A stretch of 64,000 nucleotides of DNA. Origin: an uncultured delta proteobacterium. Lineage in GTDB: Bacteria; Myxococcota; Myxococcia; SLRQ01. The notes beneath the pieces were generated by a model. That model saw only the letters and a list, made by a program, of their open reading frames with translations, did no database searches and was not told the origin of the DNA. Positions 38,535-49,442 of this stretch are shown here, piece by piece. The position numbers and the translations under genes are program-made. The DNA is taken from NCBI GenBank assembly GCA_963727485.1, contig CAVSGM010000011.1, positions 1 through 64,000 of the forward strand, in the 5' to 3' direction. How positions within the stretch are numbered: position 1 is the stretch's first letter; every line of letters starts with the position of its first letter.

Positions 38535-39235
38535 ATGACACGCCTCCAGCCCTTCGCCGACGACCTCTTCCTCGCCGACGGTCCCAAGGTCTCGTTCTAC
38601 GGCTTCCCCTATCCCACGCGGATGGCGGTGGCAGTGCTCCCCGGGGGCCTGTGGGTCTGGTCGCCCATCGAGCCCGACGACGCCCTGGTCGACGAGGTGA
38701 AGGCCCTGGGCGAGGTGCGGTGGATCGTCGAGCCCAACCGCCTCCACCACCTCTTCCTGCCGGCGTGGATGGAACGTTTCCCCGAGGCCCAGGCCTTCGG
38801 CGCCCCGGGTCTCGCGGCGAAGCGCCCGGACCTCGCCTTCGCCGGCGAGCTCGGGGACACGCCCGATCCCGGGTGGGCCGGCGTCCTCGACCAGGTGGTC
38901 GTCGCCAGCCGCGCCTTCGCCGAGGCCTCTTCTTCCACCGCCCCTCGTCCACCGCCCTGGTCTGCGACCTGGTGCAGCGCATGGACCCGGAGCACTTCCA
39001 CGGGTGGAAGAAGCAGGTGATGAAGCTCGAGGGCCTGGTGGGCGAGCACGGCTCCTCGCCCCGGGAGCTGCGGGCGGCGTTCCTCTCCCGGGGGCCGGCG
39101 CGGGCGGCGGTGGACACGGCGCTCGCGTGGGATCCCGAGCGCCTGGTCATCGCCCACGGCGCCTGCGCCCCCGAGCACGGCCGCGCGGTCCTCGCCGAGG
39201 GCCTCGCCTGGCTGGAGAAGCCCTGGCCCGTCTAG
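38535..39235 (+). CDS. DUF4336 domain protein (frameshift near 38925)
   Basis: GFPYPTRM; LWVWSPI; PNRLHHLFL; FFHRPSSTALVCDL; WDPERLVIAHG. Confidence 0.85.
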
Positions 39236-39251
39236 AGCGGGCGCGGCCCGG

Positions 39252-39485
39252 CTACCCCTGGATCCAGGCGGCCACGTCGGCGGGACGCGGCACCCGCCCC
39301 GAGACCTTCATCACCCCGTCGACCGCCACCGCCGGGGTCCCGAGGACGCCCGCGGCGAGGATCGCCTGGACGTCCTCGACCTTCTCGAGCTCGACGTCGA
39401 CGCCCGTCGACGCCATCGCCTGGCGGATGACCTTCTCGGCGCGGCGGCAGTTGGCGCAGCCGGTTCCGTAGAGCTGGATCTTCAC
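39252..39485 (-). CDS. Small redox-active disulfide protein (MTH895-like thioredoxin)
   Basis: IQLYGTGCANC; GVLGTPAVAVDG. Confidence 0.9.
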   Translation of the reverse strand: MKIQLYGTGCANCRRAEKVIRQAMASTGVDVELEKVEDVQAILAAGVLGTPAVAVDGVMKVSGRVPRPADVAAWIQG

Positions 39486-39500
39486 GGGCTTCCCTCCGGT

Positions 39501-40562
39501 TCAGAGCACGGCGTTGAACAGGTAGCCGACCAGGAGGATCCCGGCGGCGACGATGCCGATGAAGGTGGCGATGAGACGCGGGCGCAGCACCTTGCGCAGG
39601 ATCACCATCTCCGGCAGCGAGAGGGCGACCACCGACATCATGAACGCCAGCACCGTGCCCAGGGCGGCGCCCTTGCCCAGCAGCGCCTCCACCACCGGGA
39701 TGATGCCGGCGGCGTTCGAGTACATCGGGACCCCGGCGGCGACGGCGACCGGCACCGCCCACCAGGCGCTCCGGCCCATGATCGACGCCATGAAGTCCGC
39801 GGGCACGTACCCGTGGATCCCCGCGCCCACGGCGATCCCGGCGAGGACGTAGAGCCACACGTGGCCCACGATGTCGCGCACCGCCTCGCCCCCCATCCGC
39901 ACCCGGTCGTCCCAGGTCAGCGGCGTCTCCGGGAGCTCGGTGGCGGGCACCGCGGTGGCCCGCACCCAGGGCTCCACCTGGCCCTCGAGGTGCAGCCGGC
40001 CGATGGCCCAGCCGGCGACCATGGCCACCGCGAGGCCGGTGGCCGCGTAGAGGAGGGCCACCTGCCAGCCCACCAGGCCGAAGAGCAGCACCAGCGCCAC
40101 CTCGTTCACCATCGGCGCCGAGACCAGGAAGGCGAAGGTCACCCCCAGGGGCACCCCGGCGTTGACGAAGCCGATGAAGAGGGGCACCGCGGAGCAGGAG
40201 CAGAACGGGGTCACCACCCCCAGCAGCGCGGCCAGGGCGTCGCCGACGGTCTCCCGGCGGCCGGCGAGGAGGCGGCGGGTGCGCTCGGGGGTGAAGAAGC
40301 TGCGGACCACGCCCACGGCGAAGACCACCCCCACCAGGAGCAGGAGCACCTTTGGGGTCTCGAAGGTGAAGAAGGCCACCGCCTGCCCCAGGCGGCTCTC
40401 CTCGGCGAGGCCGAGCACCTGGTGGGTGAGCAGGCGCGAGAGGGGCGCCAGGGCCAGGTAGGCGGCGATCCAGGCGGCGAGGGCGAGGGCGCCCAGGCCC
40501 ACCAGGCGCCAGGGGCCGTCGCGCCGCAGCCGCGGGCCCCGCGCGTGGGTCAGCTCGCTCAC
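39501..40562 (-). CDS. ArsP/DUF318 family permease
   Basis: TPFCSCSAVPLFIG; SAPMVNEV; GVPMYSNAAG; ALSLPEMVIL. Confidence 0.9.
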   Translation of the reverse strand: MSELTHARGPRLRRDGPWRLVGLGALALAAWIAAYLALAPLSRLLTHQVLGLAEESRLGQAVAFFTFETPKVLLLLVGVVFAVGVVRSFFTPERTRRLLAGRRETVGDALAALLGVVTPFCSCSAVPLFIGFVNAGVPLGVTFAFLVSAPMVNEVALVLLFGLVGWQVALLYAATGLAVAMVAGWAIGRLHLEGQVEPWVRATAVPATELPETPLTWDDRVRMGGEAVRDIVGHVWLYVLAGIAVGAGIHGYVPADFMASIMGRSAWWAVPVAVAAGVPMYSNAAGIIPVVEALLGKGAALGTVLAFMMSVVALSLPEMVILRKVLRPRLIATFIGIVAAGILLVGYLFNAVL

Positions 40563-40942
40563 CCTGCGAGCCCCGGGGCGGAGGCGCCTGGCCCGCAGCA
40601 CGCGTCCTGGCAGGCCTTCATCTCCAGCCAGCGGTCGAGCCGCCTGCGGAGGTCGGCCATCGCCGCCTCGCCGAGGAGCGCCGGCAGCCGCTCGACCAGC
40701 TGGCGGCGCGCCGGGTCGAGGTCCGGGTCGAGGCGGTAGTGGAGCCACACCCCGCGGCGCCGGTCGATCACCAGCCCGGCCCCGCGCAGGTAGCGCATGT
40801 GGCGCGACGCCTTGGACTGGGTGATCCCGAGGATGGCCTCGATGTCGCAGACGCAGGCCTCGCCCCGGAGGAGGATCACCGCGAGGATCTGGAGGCGGGT
40901 CTCGTCGCCCAGGGCCTTGAAGGTCTCGGAGAGTGTCCTCAT
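40559..40942 (-). CDS. arsR: ArsR/SmtB family regulator
   Basis: FKALGDETRLQIL; EACVCDI; SRHMRYL; C-terminal CQDACC. Confidence 0.88.
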   Translation of the reverse strand: MRTLSETFKALGDETRLQILAVILLRGEACVCDIEAILGITQSKASRHMRYLRGAGLVIDRRRGVWLHYRLDPDLDPARRQLVERLPALLGEAAMADLRRRLDRWLEMKACQDACCGPGASAPGLAG

Positions 40943-41021
40943 GGAGACCCATGTAATCGCGTACCCGGTTGGATCCAGCTGCGGGTTGCGGTCCGGTCGC
41001 CGTCTGGCGATGGTGGGGCCC

Positions 41022-41627
41022 ATGCCAGACCTCGACGCGCTGGGTGACGACGACGAGCACGAGGACCGCCTCTTCGAGGCCCTGGACCTGGAGGGCGTGG
41101 CGCTCTCCGGCCGGCGCTTCACCGGCTGCACCTTCCGGCACCTCCGGGGCCAGGCGAGCCGGTGGCAGGGGGCGCACCTCGAGGACTGCGCCTTCGAGAA
41201 CTGTGACCTCACGGGGATGGTCCCCGGGAATCTCCGGGCCCACGACGTGCGCTTCGTGGGGTGCAAGCTCCTGGCGGTCCGGTGGACCCGGGCGATGGGC
41301 TACCCGCGCCTCGGCTTCGAGGACTGCCTGATGCGCTACGCGGCCTTCAGCGACCTGGACCTCCGGCGGACGGAGCTGCTCCGCTGCCGCCTCACCGAGG
41401 CGAGCTTCACCGGCGTCGATCTCACGGACGCCGACTTCGCCGGCTCGGACCTCACCGGCGCGACCTTCCAGGGCACCACCCTCGCCGGCGCCGATCTCTC
41501 CACCACCGAGGGGCTCTTCCTCGACCCGGCCCGCAACCGGGTGAAGGGCGCCCGGGTGCCGGTGGAGACCGCGGTGCTGCTGGCGATGTCCCTGGGGCTG
41601 CGGGTGCGCGGGTACGACGAGGGGTAG
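41022..41627 (+). CDS. Pentapeptide repeat protein
   Basis: ASFTGVDLTDADFAGSDLTGATF repeats. Confidence 0.9.
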   Translation: MPDLDALGDDDEHEDRLFEALDLEGVALSGRRFTGCTFRHLRGQASRWQGAHLEDCAFENCDLTGMVPGNLRAHDVRFVGCKLLAVRWTRAMGYPRLGFEDCLMRYAAFSDLDLRRTELLRCRLTEASFTGVDLTDADFAGSDLTGATFQGTTLAGADLSTTEGLFLDPARNRVKGARVPVETAVLLAMSLGLRVRGYDEG

Positions 41628-41728
41628 GGCGACGGCCCGGCCCGCGGGCCCCGTGGGATTCGAGGCGGCACCTGCCCCATGGGCCCCGGCGCGCCGTTGC
41701 CTAGCCTGTTCGTGGGGAGGACCTGGCC

Positions 41729-42766
41729 ATGAAGGCGATGGTCTACGAGCGCTACGGCGCGGCGGGCAACGTGCACCTCACGCGCATCTCCAAGCCCAAG
41801 CCCGGTGCGGGTGAGGTCCTCATCGAGGTCCACGCCACCTCGGTGAACAGCTGGGACGTGGAGCTCCTCCAGGGGAGGCCCCTGGTCGCCCGCCTCGAGG
41901 CGCCCTGGCGGCCGAAGCACCCGGTCCTCGGCAGCGACGTCGCCGGGGTCATCACCGCGGTGGGCCCCGGGGTCACCGACCTGAAGGCCGGCGACGCGGT
42001 CTTCGGCGACCTCTCCGGGGTGGGGTGGGGCGGCTTCGCGGAGTACGTCTGCGCCCCGGCCGGGCGGGTCGTCGAGAAGCCGGAGAAGATGACCTTCGAG
42101 GAGGCCGCGGCGATCCCCCAGGCCGGTGCCCTGGCCCTCCAGGGCCTCGCCTACCAGGGCGGCGTCACCCGGGGCCAGCGCCTGCTCATCAACGGCGCCG
42201 GCGGGGGCGTCGGGACCTTCGCCCTCCAGCTCGCCCGCCACGCCGGCTGCGAGGTCACCGCGGTGGATCGCGGCGCCAAGCTCGAGGCCCTGCGGCGCCT
42301 GGGCGCCGACGCCGTCGTCGATTTCGAGACCACCGATCCCACCCGCCCCGAGCGCCCCTACGACTACATCCTCGACGTCTCGATGAAGCGCTCGATCTTC
42401 GCCTGGGCCCGGGCCCTGGCCCCGGGCGGGACCTACGCCGCCGTCGGCGGCACCCTCCCGCGGCTCCTCCAGCTCGCGTCCCTGGGGCCGCTGTTCCGGA
42501 CGCGACAGGGCAAGCGGATGGGCGTGGTCATCCTCCGGCCGGGGCGCGCCGACCTCGAGACCCTCGCCTCGCTCTTCGAGGCGGGGACCGTGGGGCCGAT
42601 CATCGACCGCTCCTACCGCCTGGAGGAGACCTCCGAGGCGATGGCGCGGCTCGCCCGCGGCGAGGTCCTGGGCAAGGTGGTGATCGCCGTGCGGCCCGCC
42701 GAGGGCGAGACCCGGCGCCGGCGCCCGCGGCCCACCCGGCTCCGCCCGGTGCCGCCGCCGGCCTGA
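41729..42766 (+). CDS. NAD(P)-dependent MDR alcohol dehydrogenase / quinone oxidoreductase
   Basis: VLGSDVAG; LINGAGGGVGTF; IDRSYRL. Confidence 0.9.
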   Translation: MKAMVYERYGAAGNVHLTRISKPKPGAGEVLIEVHATSVNSWDVELLQGRPLVARLEAPWRPKHPVLGSDVAGVITAVGPGVTDLKAGDAVFGDLSGVGWGGFAEYVCAPAGRVVEKPEKMTFEEAAAIPQAGALALQGLAYQGGVTRGQRLLINGAGGGVGTFALQLARHAGCEVTAVDRGAKLEALRRLGADAVVDFETTDPTRPERPYDYILDVSMKRSIFAWARALAPGGTYAAVGGTLPRLLQLASLGPLFRTRQGKRMGVVILRPGRADLETLASLFEAGTVGPIIDRSYRLEETSEAMARLARGEVLGKVVIAVRPAEGETRRRRPRPTRLRPVPPPA

Positions 42767-42799
42767 TCCGTCCACCCGCTGCCGGGGCCCACGCGGCCG

Positions 42800-43681
42800 T
42801 CAGTCCTCGTCCTCGCCGAGGAGCGCCCGCAGGAGCGGGTTGGGGAAGCGCCGGCTCAGGGTGATGGCGTGGAAGGTCTCCTCGAGGCCCGGGAGGGCCG
42901 CGACCTCGATGAGCTCGCCGGTGTCGAGCTCGTCCTTGACCACGATGGGCGGCACCACCGAGAGGCCCGGGTGCTCCCGGGCCACCAGGCGCAGCATCGC
43001 CATGTCGTCCACCTCGGCGGCGATCGCCGGCCGCACCCCGAGGCGCTCGGCGAGGGCGTCGAAGCCGGCGCGGATGCTGGTCTGGAGGGCCGGGACCACC
43101 AGGGGCTCGGTGGCGAGCAGCGTCTTGATCTTGCGCCGGCGCCGGGGCTTCGAGGGCGGGCCCACCAGGCTCACCGGTTGGCTGGCGAGGTGGTGGGCCA
43201 CCCAGGGCGTCGCCGCGTCCCGGGCGGGGACCGAGTTGGCGAGGACCACGTCCACCCGGTGGAGCTCCAGGGCCTGCAGGAGCTCGGCGAGGGCCCCGGA
43301 GCGCACCACCAGCTCCACGTCGTCGCGTTCGAGCAGGGGCTGGACGAAGCCGAGCTGGAAGTTCCGCGAGAGGGTGGCCACCGCGCCCACCCGGAGCACC
43401 TGCCGCGCCCGACCCACCGGATCCTGGAGGACGCCGAGGAGCTCGTCCCCGGTGGTGAAGATGGCGTCGGCATGATCGAGGGTGATGCGCCCGGCCTCGG
43501 TGAGCACCAGCTGCCGCCCCCGGCGCTCGAAGAGGTCGTGGCCCAGGGCCTCCTCCAGGCTCTGGATCTGCACCGAGACCGCGGACTGGGAGACGTGGAG
43601 GTGGCGGGCGGCCCGGGTGAGGTTGCCCTCGTGGGCCACCGCCCAGAAGTAGCGGAGGTGGTGGTAGTTGAGCGCGGCCAT
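42800..43681 (-). CDS. LysR family regulator (NhaR-like), divergent from the dab operon
   Basis: LNYHHLRYFWAVAHEGNLTRAA; AEVDDMAMLRL. Confidence 0.93.
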   Translation of the reverse strand: MAALNYHHLRYFWAVAHEGNLTRAARHLHVSQSAVSVQIQSLEEALGHDLFERRGRQLVLTEAGRITLDHADAIFTTGDELLGVLQDPVGRARQVLRVGAVATLSRNFQLGFVQPLLERDDVELVVRSGALAELLQALELHRVDVVLANSVPARDAATPWVAHHLASQPVSLVGPPSKPRRRRKIKTLLATEPLVVPALQTSIRAGFDALAERLGVRPAIAAEVDDMAMLRLVAREHPGLSVVPPIVVKDELDTGELIEVAALPGLEETFHAITLSRRFPNPLLRALLGEDED

Positions 43682-43694
43682 GGTGGCGACCGCA

Positions 43695-43711
43695 GTTCTA
43701 CATAACAGAAC
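43695..43711. promoter_or_regulatory. LysR box (T-N11-A dyad)
   Basis: GTTCT-ACATAAC-AGAAC in the AT-rich intergenic region. Confidence 0.7.
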
Positions 43712-43770
43712 GTCACTTGCCAAACATTGAATTGGAAACAACAGGGGTCGCCGCCTATATCACGCCCTGC

Positions 43771-45315
43771 ATGGCCGCCCCCCTCGCTCTCCTGCCGCTC
43801 CTCGCGCCCCTCGGCCTCGTCCTCGCCGCCTTCGTGGGCTGGCGGACGCCCGGCCCCCGGCCCGCCCGGGCCCTGGCGGTGGCGACCCTCGCCACCTGGC
43901 TCGCCCTGGCGCTCGCCGCCGTCGCCGCCGGCTCGGTCATCGTCCTCGGCGCCGCCACCAGCCCGCTCGTCGGCGTCGCCGGGGTGGGCCTCTCGGTGCG
44001 CCTCGATCCCCTGAGCGGGACCCTGGCGCTCCTGGTGGCCTTCATCGGGGTGGTGGTGGTCCGCTACAGCCGCCACTACCTCGACGGCGAGGCGCGCCAG
44101 GGGGCCTTCGTCGCCCGCCTCTGCCTCGCCCTGGCGGCGGTGCTCCTCCTGGTCCTCTCCGGGAACCTCGCCCAGCTCCTCGTCGCCTGGATCGCCACCG
44201 GCCGGGTGGTGGAGGGGCTCCTGCGCTTCTACCCGGGTCGGCCCCGGGCACGGCGGGCGGCGGCGCGACAGAAGCGCGTCTCCCGGATCGGCAACCTGGC
44301 GCTCCTCGGCGCCGTGCTGCTCCTGCGTCACGCCTTCGGCACCCTGGATCTCGCCGCCCTCGCCGTGGCCGCCGGGCACCTCGCCGGCGGCGCCCTCCCG
44401 GTCACCGTCCCCCTCGCCATCGCCCTCATCATCGTCGCCGCCCTCATCAAGAGCGCCCAGGTCCCGACCCACGGCTGGCTCCCCCAGGTCGCCGAGGCGC
44501 CGACCCCCGTCTCCGCCCTCCTCCACGCGGGCATCGTCAACGGCGGCGGCTTCCTGGTCATCCGCCTGGCACCGGTGATGGTCCTCTACCGCCCGGCGCT
44601 CCTCGCCCTGGCGCTCGCCGCCGGTGCCAGCGCCGTGGTCGCCTCGGCGGTGATGCTCACCCAGCAGAGCACCAAGGCGGCGCTGGCCTGGTCCACCGTG
44701 GCCCAGATGGGCTTCATGCTCGTGGAGTGCGGGATCGGCGCCTTCGCCGCCGCGGCCCTCCACCTCGTCGCCCACTCCTTCTACAAGGCCCACGCCTTCC
44801 TCACCGCCGGCGAGGTGCCGCGGTCGGCCCCCGCCGCCGCCGGCCCCGCCGCGCCCTCGGTGCCGGCCATCGCCGTCACCCTCGCCGCGGCCCTCGCCGG
44901 CTACCTCGCCGTCGCCTTCTCCCTCGGGATCACCTGGCACGAGGCCCCGGCGCGCCTGGCCCTCGGCGCCGTCCTCGCCCTCGGCCTCACCCACCTGCTG
45001 GTGCAGGCGCGCAGCGGCGCCCGGGTCCTCGCCCGGGCCGCGGCGGTGGCGGCGCTCCTCGCCGCCGGGTACCTCGCCCTGGAGCTCGGCGCCGAGGTCC
45101 TCCTCGCCCCGGTGCTCCCGGCCCACGCCGCGCCGGGCCTGGCCGTGAACGGGGTCCTCGCCGCGGTGGTCCTCGGCTTCGCGGGGCTCGTGGGCCTCCA
45201 GCTCCGCCTCCCGGCCCTCGGCGCCTCGCCTCGGTGGCGGGCCCTCTACGTCCACCTCCGCCAGGGGCTCTACCTCGACCTCTGGCTCGATCGCCGTGAG
45301 GCCGCCCAATGGTGA
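43771..45315 (+). CDS. dabB: Inorganic carbon transporter membrane subunit (NuoL/ND5-like; DabB/MpsA)
   Basis: KSAQVPTHGWL; EAPTPVSALLHAGIVNGGG; STVAQMGFM; HLVAHSFYKAHAFL; overlaps the DUF2309 gene. Confidence 0.9.
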   Translation: MAAPLALLPLLAPLGLVLAAFVGWRTPGPRPARALAVATLATWLALALAAVAAGSVIVLGAATSPLVGVAGVGLSVRLDPLSGTLALLVAFIGVVVVRYSRHYLDGEARQGAFVARLCLALAAVLLLVLSGNLAQLLVAWIATGRVVEGLLRFYPGRPRARRAAARQKRVSRIGNLALLGAVLLLRHAFGTLDLAALAVAAGHLAGGALPVTVPLAIALIIVAALIKSAQVPTHGWLPQVAEAPTPVSALLHAGIVNGGGFLVIRLAPVMVLYRPALLALALAAGASAVVASAVMLTQQSTKAALAWSTVAQMGFMLVECGIGAFAAAALHLVAHSFYKAHAFLTAGEVPRSAPAAAGPAAPSVPAIAVTLAAALAGYLAVAFSLGITWHEAPARLALGAVLALGLTHLLVQARSGARVLARAAAVAALLAAGYLALELGAEVLLAPVLPAHAAPGLAVNGVLAAVVLGFAGLVGLQLRLPALGASPRWRALYVHLRQGLYLDLWLDRREAAQW

Positions 45316-47706
45316 TCCCCGTCTTCCAATCCCTGGCGCCCCTCCCGCCGACCGAGGAGATCGCCGAGGCCGTGCGCCAGGCCGTGTCCCGGGTGGCCCC
45401 CCTGTGGCCCCTCGACGCCTTCGTGGCCGTGAACCCGCTCCTCGGCCTCGCCGACCAGGACCTCGCCGAGGCCTCGGCGACCGTGGCCCGGGCCGCCGGC
45501 GCCCGCCTGACCCTGCCCCGGCGCCACTACGCCGACGCCCTCGCCGACGGGCGCATCACCGAGCGGGACCTCGCCGAGGCCCTCGCCGAGGCCCGGGGCA
45601 GGCCGGGGGTCCCGGCCACCGTCGCCGAGCTGGTGGCCGCCGCCTCCGAGGCCGAGCCCGCGCGCCGGCCCCTGCCCACCGTCGCCGACGTCGCCGGTTC
45701 GGTCACCGGCCACGACTGGGCCGCCGAGGTGGTGGACGCGGTGGGCGCCTGGGCCGCGGGGTACTTCGCCGAGCGCCCGGCAACCTGGGCCTCGCCGTTC
45801 CGGGACCTGCCGCCCTTCGCCGCCTGGCGCGCCGAGGCCGTCCACGACCGGGCCCCCGAGGCTCTGGGCGTCGCCGGCTTCCGGGACTTCGCCGCCGCCC
45901 TCCCGGACGACGCCGCGGCCGCCACCGCCCTCCTGGTGGCGCGCCTCGGGGTCCCCGAGGCCGGGCTCGACGACTGGCTCCACCGGCTGCTGATGACCGT
46001 CGCCGGGTGGGCCGGCCACGGGCGCTACCGCGACTGGGAATCCCGCGGACCCCGAGGGGGCAAGCGACACCGCCGCCGGGGTCCTCGCGGTGCGCCTCGC
46101 CTGGGAGGTCGCCCTCCTCGAGGGCCTCGAGGTCCCGGGCCTCGCCCCCGCCTGGGCTCGCGCCCGCGACCGCCTCGCCGAGCCCGGGGACCCGGCGCCC
46201 TTCGCGGTGGACGCCGTCCTCCACGCCGCCTGGGAGAAGGGCTGGCAGCGGCGCCTCACCGACGACCTCGCCGGCGCCGCGCCGGGCGCCCGCGCCGATT
46301 CCGCCGACGGCTCCGACGCCGCGCCTCGCCCCCGCCTCCAGGCGGCCTTCTGCATCGACGTGCGCTCCGAGGGTGTGCGCCGGGCCCTGGAGTCGGCGGG
46401 CCCCGAGATCGAGACCCTGGGCGTCCCCGGCTTCTTCGGCTTCCCCCTGGCCTGGGGCACGGGCGCCCTCTGCCCGGCCATCGTCCCCGCGAGCCTCCCG
46501 GTCGCCGAGCGCCCCGAGGACGCGGCCGCCGCCCGCGACCGGGGCGCCTTCGCCCGGGCCTTCAAGTCCTTCAAGCTCGCGGCGGTCTCGAGCTTCGGCT
46601 TCGTGGAGGCCCTCGGCCTCACCTTCCTCTTCCAGCTCCTCGCCCGGGCGTTCCGCTGGCGCCCCGGGGCCCGGGACGACGCCGGCGCCACCGCCCGCCT
46701 CGAGCTCGACGAGGCGGTGCCGCTCGAGGCCCGGGTCGACGCCGCCGCCACCGCCCTGGGGGCCATGGGGCTGACCCGCGGTTTCGCCCGGACGGTGCTC
46801 CTGGTGGGCCACGGCGCCACCACCGCCAACAACCCCCACGCCTCGGTCCTCGACTGCGGCGCCTGCGGGGGCCGCAGCGGCGACGCCAACGCCCGCATCG
46901 CCGCCGCCACCCTCAACGAGCCGGCGGTCCGCGCGGGCCTCGCCGACCGGGGGATCGCCGTCCCCGCGGACACGGTCTTCCTCGCCGCCCACCACGACAC
47001 CACCTGCGACACCCTGGCGCTCCTCGACGACGTCCCCGAGGCCCACCGCGCCGAGCCCCACCTCGCCGCGCGCCTCGTCGAGGCCGGGGACGCCGCCGCC
47101 GCCGCCCGCGCCGCCCGGGACCTCCCGGGGGCCTCGGTGGCGGCCCTGCGCAGCCGGAGCCGCGACTGGTCCCAGGTCCGCCCGGAGTGGGGCCTCGCCG
47201 GGTGCGCCGGCTTCGTCATCGCCCCCCGGGCCCGCACCCGCGACCTCGACCTCGGCGGCCGGTGCTTCCTCCAGAGCTACGACTGGCGCCGGGACCCGGA
47301 CGCCCGGATCCTCGAGGGGATCCTCGCCGGTCCGGTACGGGTCGCCGGCTGGCTCTCGCTCCAGTACTACGCCTCGGCGGTCGACCCGGCGGTCTTCGGC
47401 AGCGGCAACAAGGTCCTCCACAACCCGGTGGGCACCGCCGGGGTCCTCGAGGGCGGCGGCGGCAATCTCAAGGTGGGCCTCCCCTGGCAGTCGGTGAGCG
47501 ACGGGGCGCGCCTGGTCCACGAGCCGAGGCGCCTCACCGTCGCCGTCGCCGCGCCCCCCGAGGTCCTCCGCGCCATCGTCGCCCGGCAGCCGCAGCTGCG
47601 CACCGCCCTCGACCACCGGTGGATCCACCTCCTCGCCCTCGACGACGCCGGCCGCGTGGCCTGGCGTCACGGCGCCCCCCGGCCCCAGGTGGTCCCCGAG
47701 ACCTGA
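45309..47706 (+). CDS. dabA: Inorganic carbon transporter catalytic subunit DUF2309 (DabA/MpsB), frameshift near 46060
   Basis: APLWPLDAFVAVNP; FCIDVRSE; GHG..NNPHASVLDCGACGG; DWSQVRPEWGL; GSGNKVLHN; HEPRRL. Confidence 0.92.
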
Positions 47707-47716
47707 AGGAACGCCC

Positions 47717-48211
47717 ATGCAGTGCTTCGCCATCGTCCGTGACGCCGAGGCCCTCGCCAGAGCCTGCGAGGACCTCTCGGATCTCCTGGAGTGGACCCGC
47801 CGCGCCGGGGACGACGCCCCCGAGCTCCTCGGGATCTGGCTCGACCCGGCGCAGGTGGTGGAGGTGCCGGCGTCCCTCGGCCCGGTGGGCCCCGTCGACC
47901 GCAACCGAGGGCCCTGGCAGATCGCCGCCTCCGCGGGCCTCTCGGGGCTCTGGACCCTCTGCTGGATCGAGGGCCCGCCCCTGGACCGTCGGACCCTGGT
48001 GACCGCCCTCGACGGGACGGGGTCCGGCGCCGGGGGCTTCCACCCGGTGTTCGGTCGGGAGGCCATCGGGAGCGCCCACCATCGGGAGCTCGGCGCCCTC
48101 GCCGAGCGCCGCGGCGACCTGATAAGGTCCCCGCTCTTTCTCGATGGGGAGAGCGGTCGCCTGGCGCCGCCCTCCGAGCCCACCCGATGGCGACGCGCCC
48201 AGTCCAGCTGA
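47717..48211 (+). CDS. Hypothetical protein inside the dab-pur operon
   Basis: SD AAGGA, 10 nt after the dabA stop; overlaps purK start; GC3 bias; no family recognised. Confidence 0.65.
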   Translation: MQCFAIVRDAEALARACEDLSDLLEWTRRAGDDAPELLGIWLDPAQVVEVPASLGPVGPVDRNRGPWQIAASAGLSGLWTLCWIEGPPLDRRTLVTALDGTGSGAGGFHPVFGREAIGSAHHRELGALAERRGDLIRSPLFLDGESGRLAPPSEPTRWRRAQSS

Positions 48212-49442
48212 AGCTTCCGGCTCCCGACGCCCCGGCCCTGGGGATCCTCGGCGGGGGTCAGCTGGGGCGGATGCTCGCCGAGTCGGCCCTGCGCCAGGGG
48301 CTGCGCCCGGTGGTCCTGGCGACGTCGGCCGAGGTCCCCGCGGCCATCGACGGCGTGGACCTCCACGTCGGAGCCCTCGACGACCCGGACGCCCTCGAGG
48401 CCCTGGTCGCCCAGGTCAATCACCTCACGGTGGAGAACGAGTTCCTCGACCTGGGCCGGATCGAGGCGGCGCTGGCCGGCAAGCCCTCGGTCCACATCCG
48501 GCCCGGCCTCGACGCCATCGCCGTCTCCCAGGACAAGCTGGCCCAGAAGCGCCTCTTCAGCCGCCTCGGGATCCCCACCGCCCCCTGGGAGGTGGTGCAC
48601 CCGGCGCGCCTCGAGGCCGACCTCGCCCGGGTGGGGCGGCGGTTCGGGCACCGCTTCGTCCTCAAGTGGTCGCGCTTCGGCTACGACGGCCACGGCAACC
48701 ACGTGGTGACCTCCGCCACGGGCCTCGGGGATCCCGAGCTGGCGCGCTTCTGCGAGCGGGGGGTGGCGAAGGGCGCCGAGCTCTACGCCGAGGCGATGAT
48801 CGACTTCCGCTGCGAGCTGGCCATGGTCTCCACCCGGAGCGCCGCCGGGGAGCAGGTCTACTTCCCCCTGGTCGAGAGCCGCCAGGAGCGCGGAGTGTGC
48901 CGGGAGGTCCTGGGGCCGGCGACGGCGCTGGGGGGGGCCCGGCACTCGACGAGGCGGCGCGCTCGGTCCTCGGGACCCTGGGCGCCCACCTCGCGTGGAG
49001 CGGCACGTTTGCGGTGGAGTTCTTCCTCGACGCGGACGGATCGCTGCTCGCCAACGAGATGGCCCCCCGGGTCCACAACACCGGCCACTACACCCTCTTC
49101 GGCGACGAGCCGAGCCAGTTCGACCTCCACGTCCAGGCGGTGTGCGGCCTCGAGCTGAAGGCCCCGGCGGTGCGCGGCCTGGTGGCGATGCGCAACCTCC
49201 TCGGGCCCTGGGACGTGGCGCGGGGCCGGCCCTGTCCGCCGCCGCGCCGCGAGCCGCCCGCCGGCGTCGACCTCTACTGGTACTTCAAGACCACCGTGTC
49301 CCCGGGGCGCAAGATGGGCCATCTTACGGGCCGGGCGGACACGCCCGAGGCCCTGGAGGACCTCCTCGAGGCGATGCGCGCCTACGAGCAGGCGGTGTGG
49401 CGAGACCTGGAAAGGAGCGCGGACGATGGCGAGGGTCCCTGA
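48187..49442 (+). CDS. purK: N5-carboxyaminoimidazole ribonucleotide synthase (frameshift at G8 48930-48937)
   Basis: [53 protein letters not shown]. Confidence 0.93.

Noticed and set aside
43771..45315. nuoL of respiratory complex I or mrpA
   Set aside because: No other nuo/mrp genes, and it is coupled to DUF2309, which defines DabB/MpsA.
45309..47706. dabA as a split gene or pseudogene
   Set aside because: A single frame switch near the G-run at about 46060 gives a full-length protein with all catalytic motifs.
48930..48937. G8 tract frameshifting purK as a phase-variation switch
   Set aside because: One extra G restores the frame. Homopolymer undercalling is typical of long reads, and many unrelated genes here have similar indels. 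Read-level data are needed.
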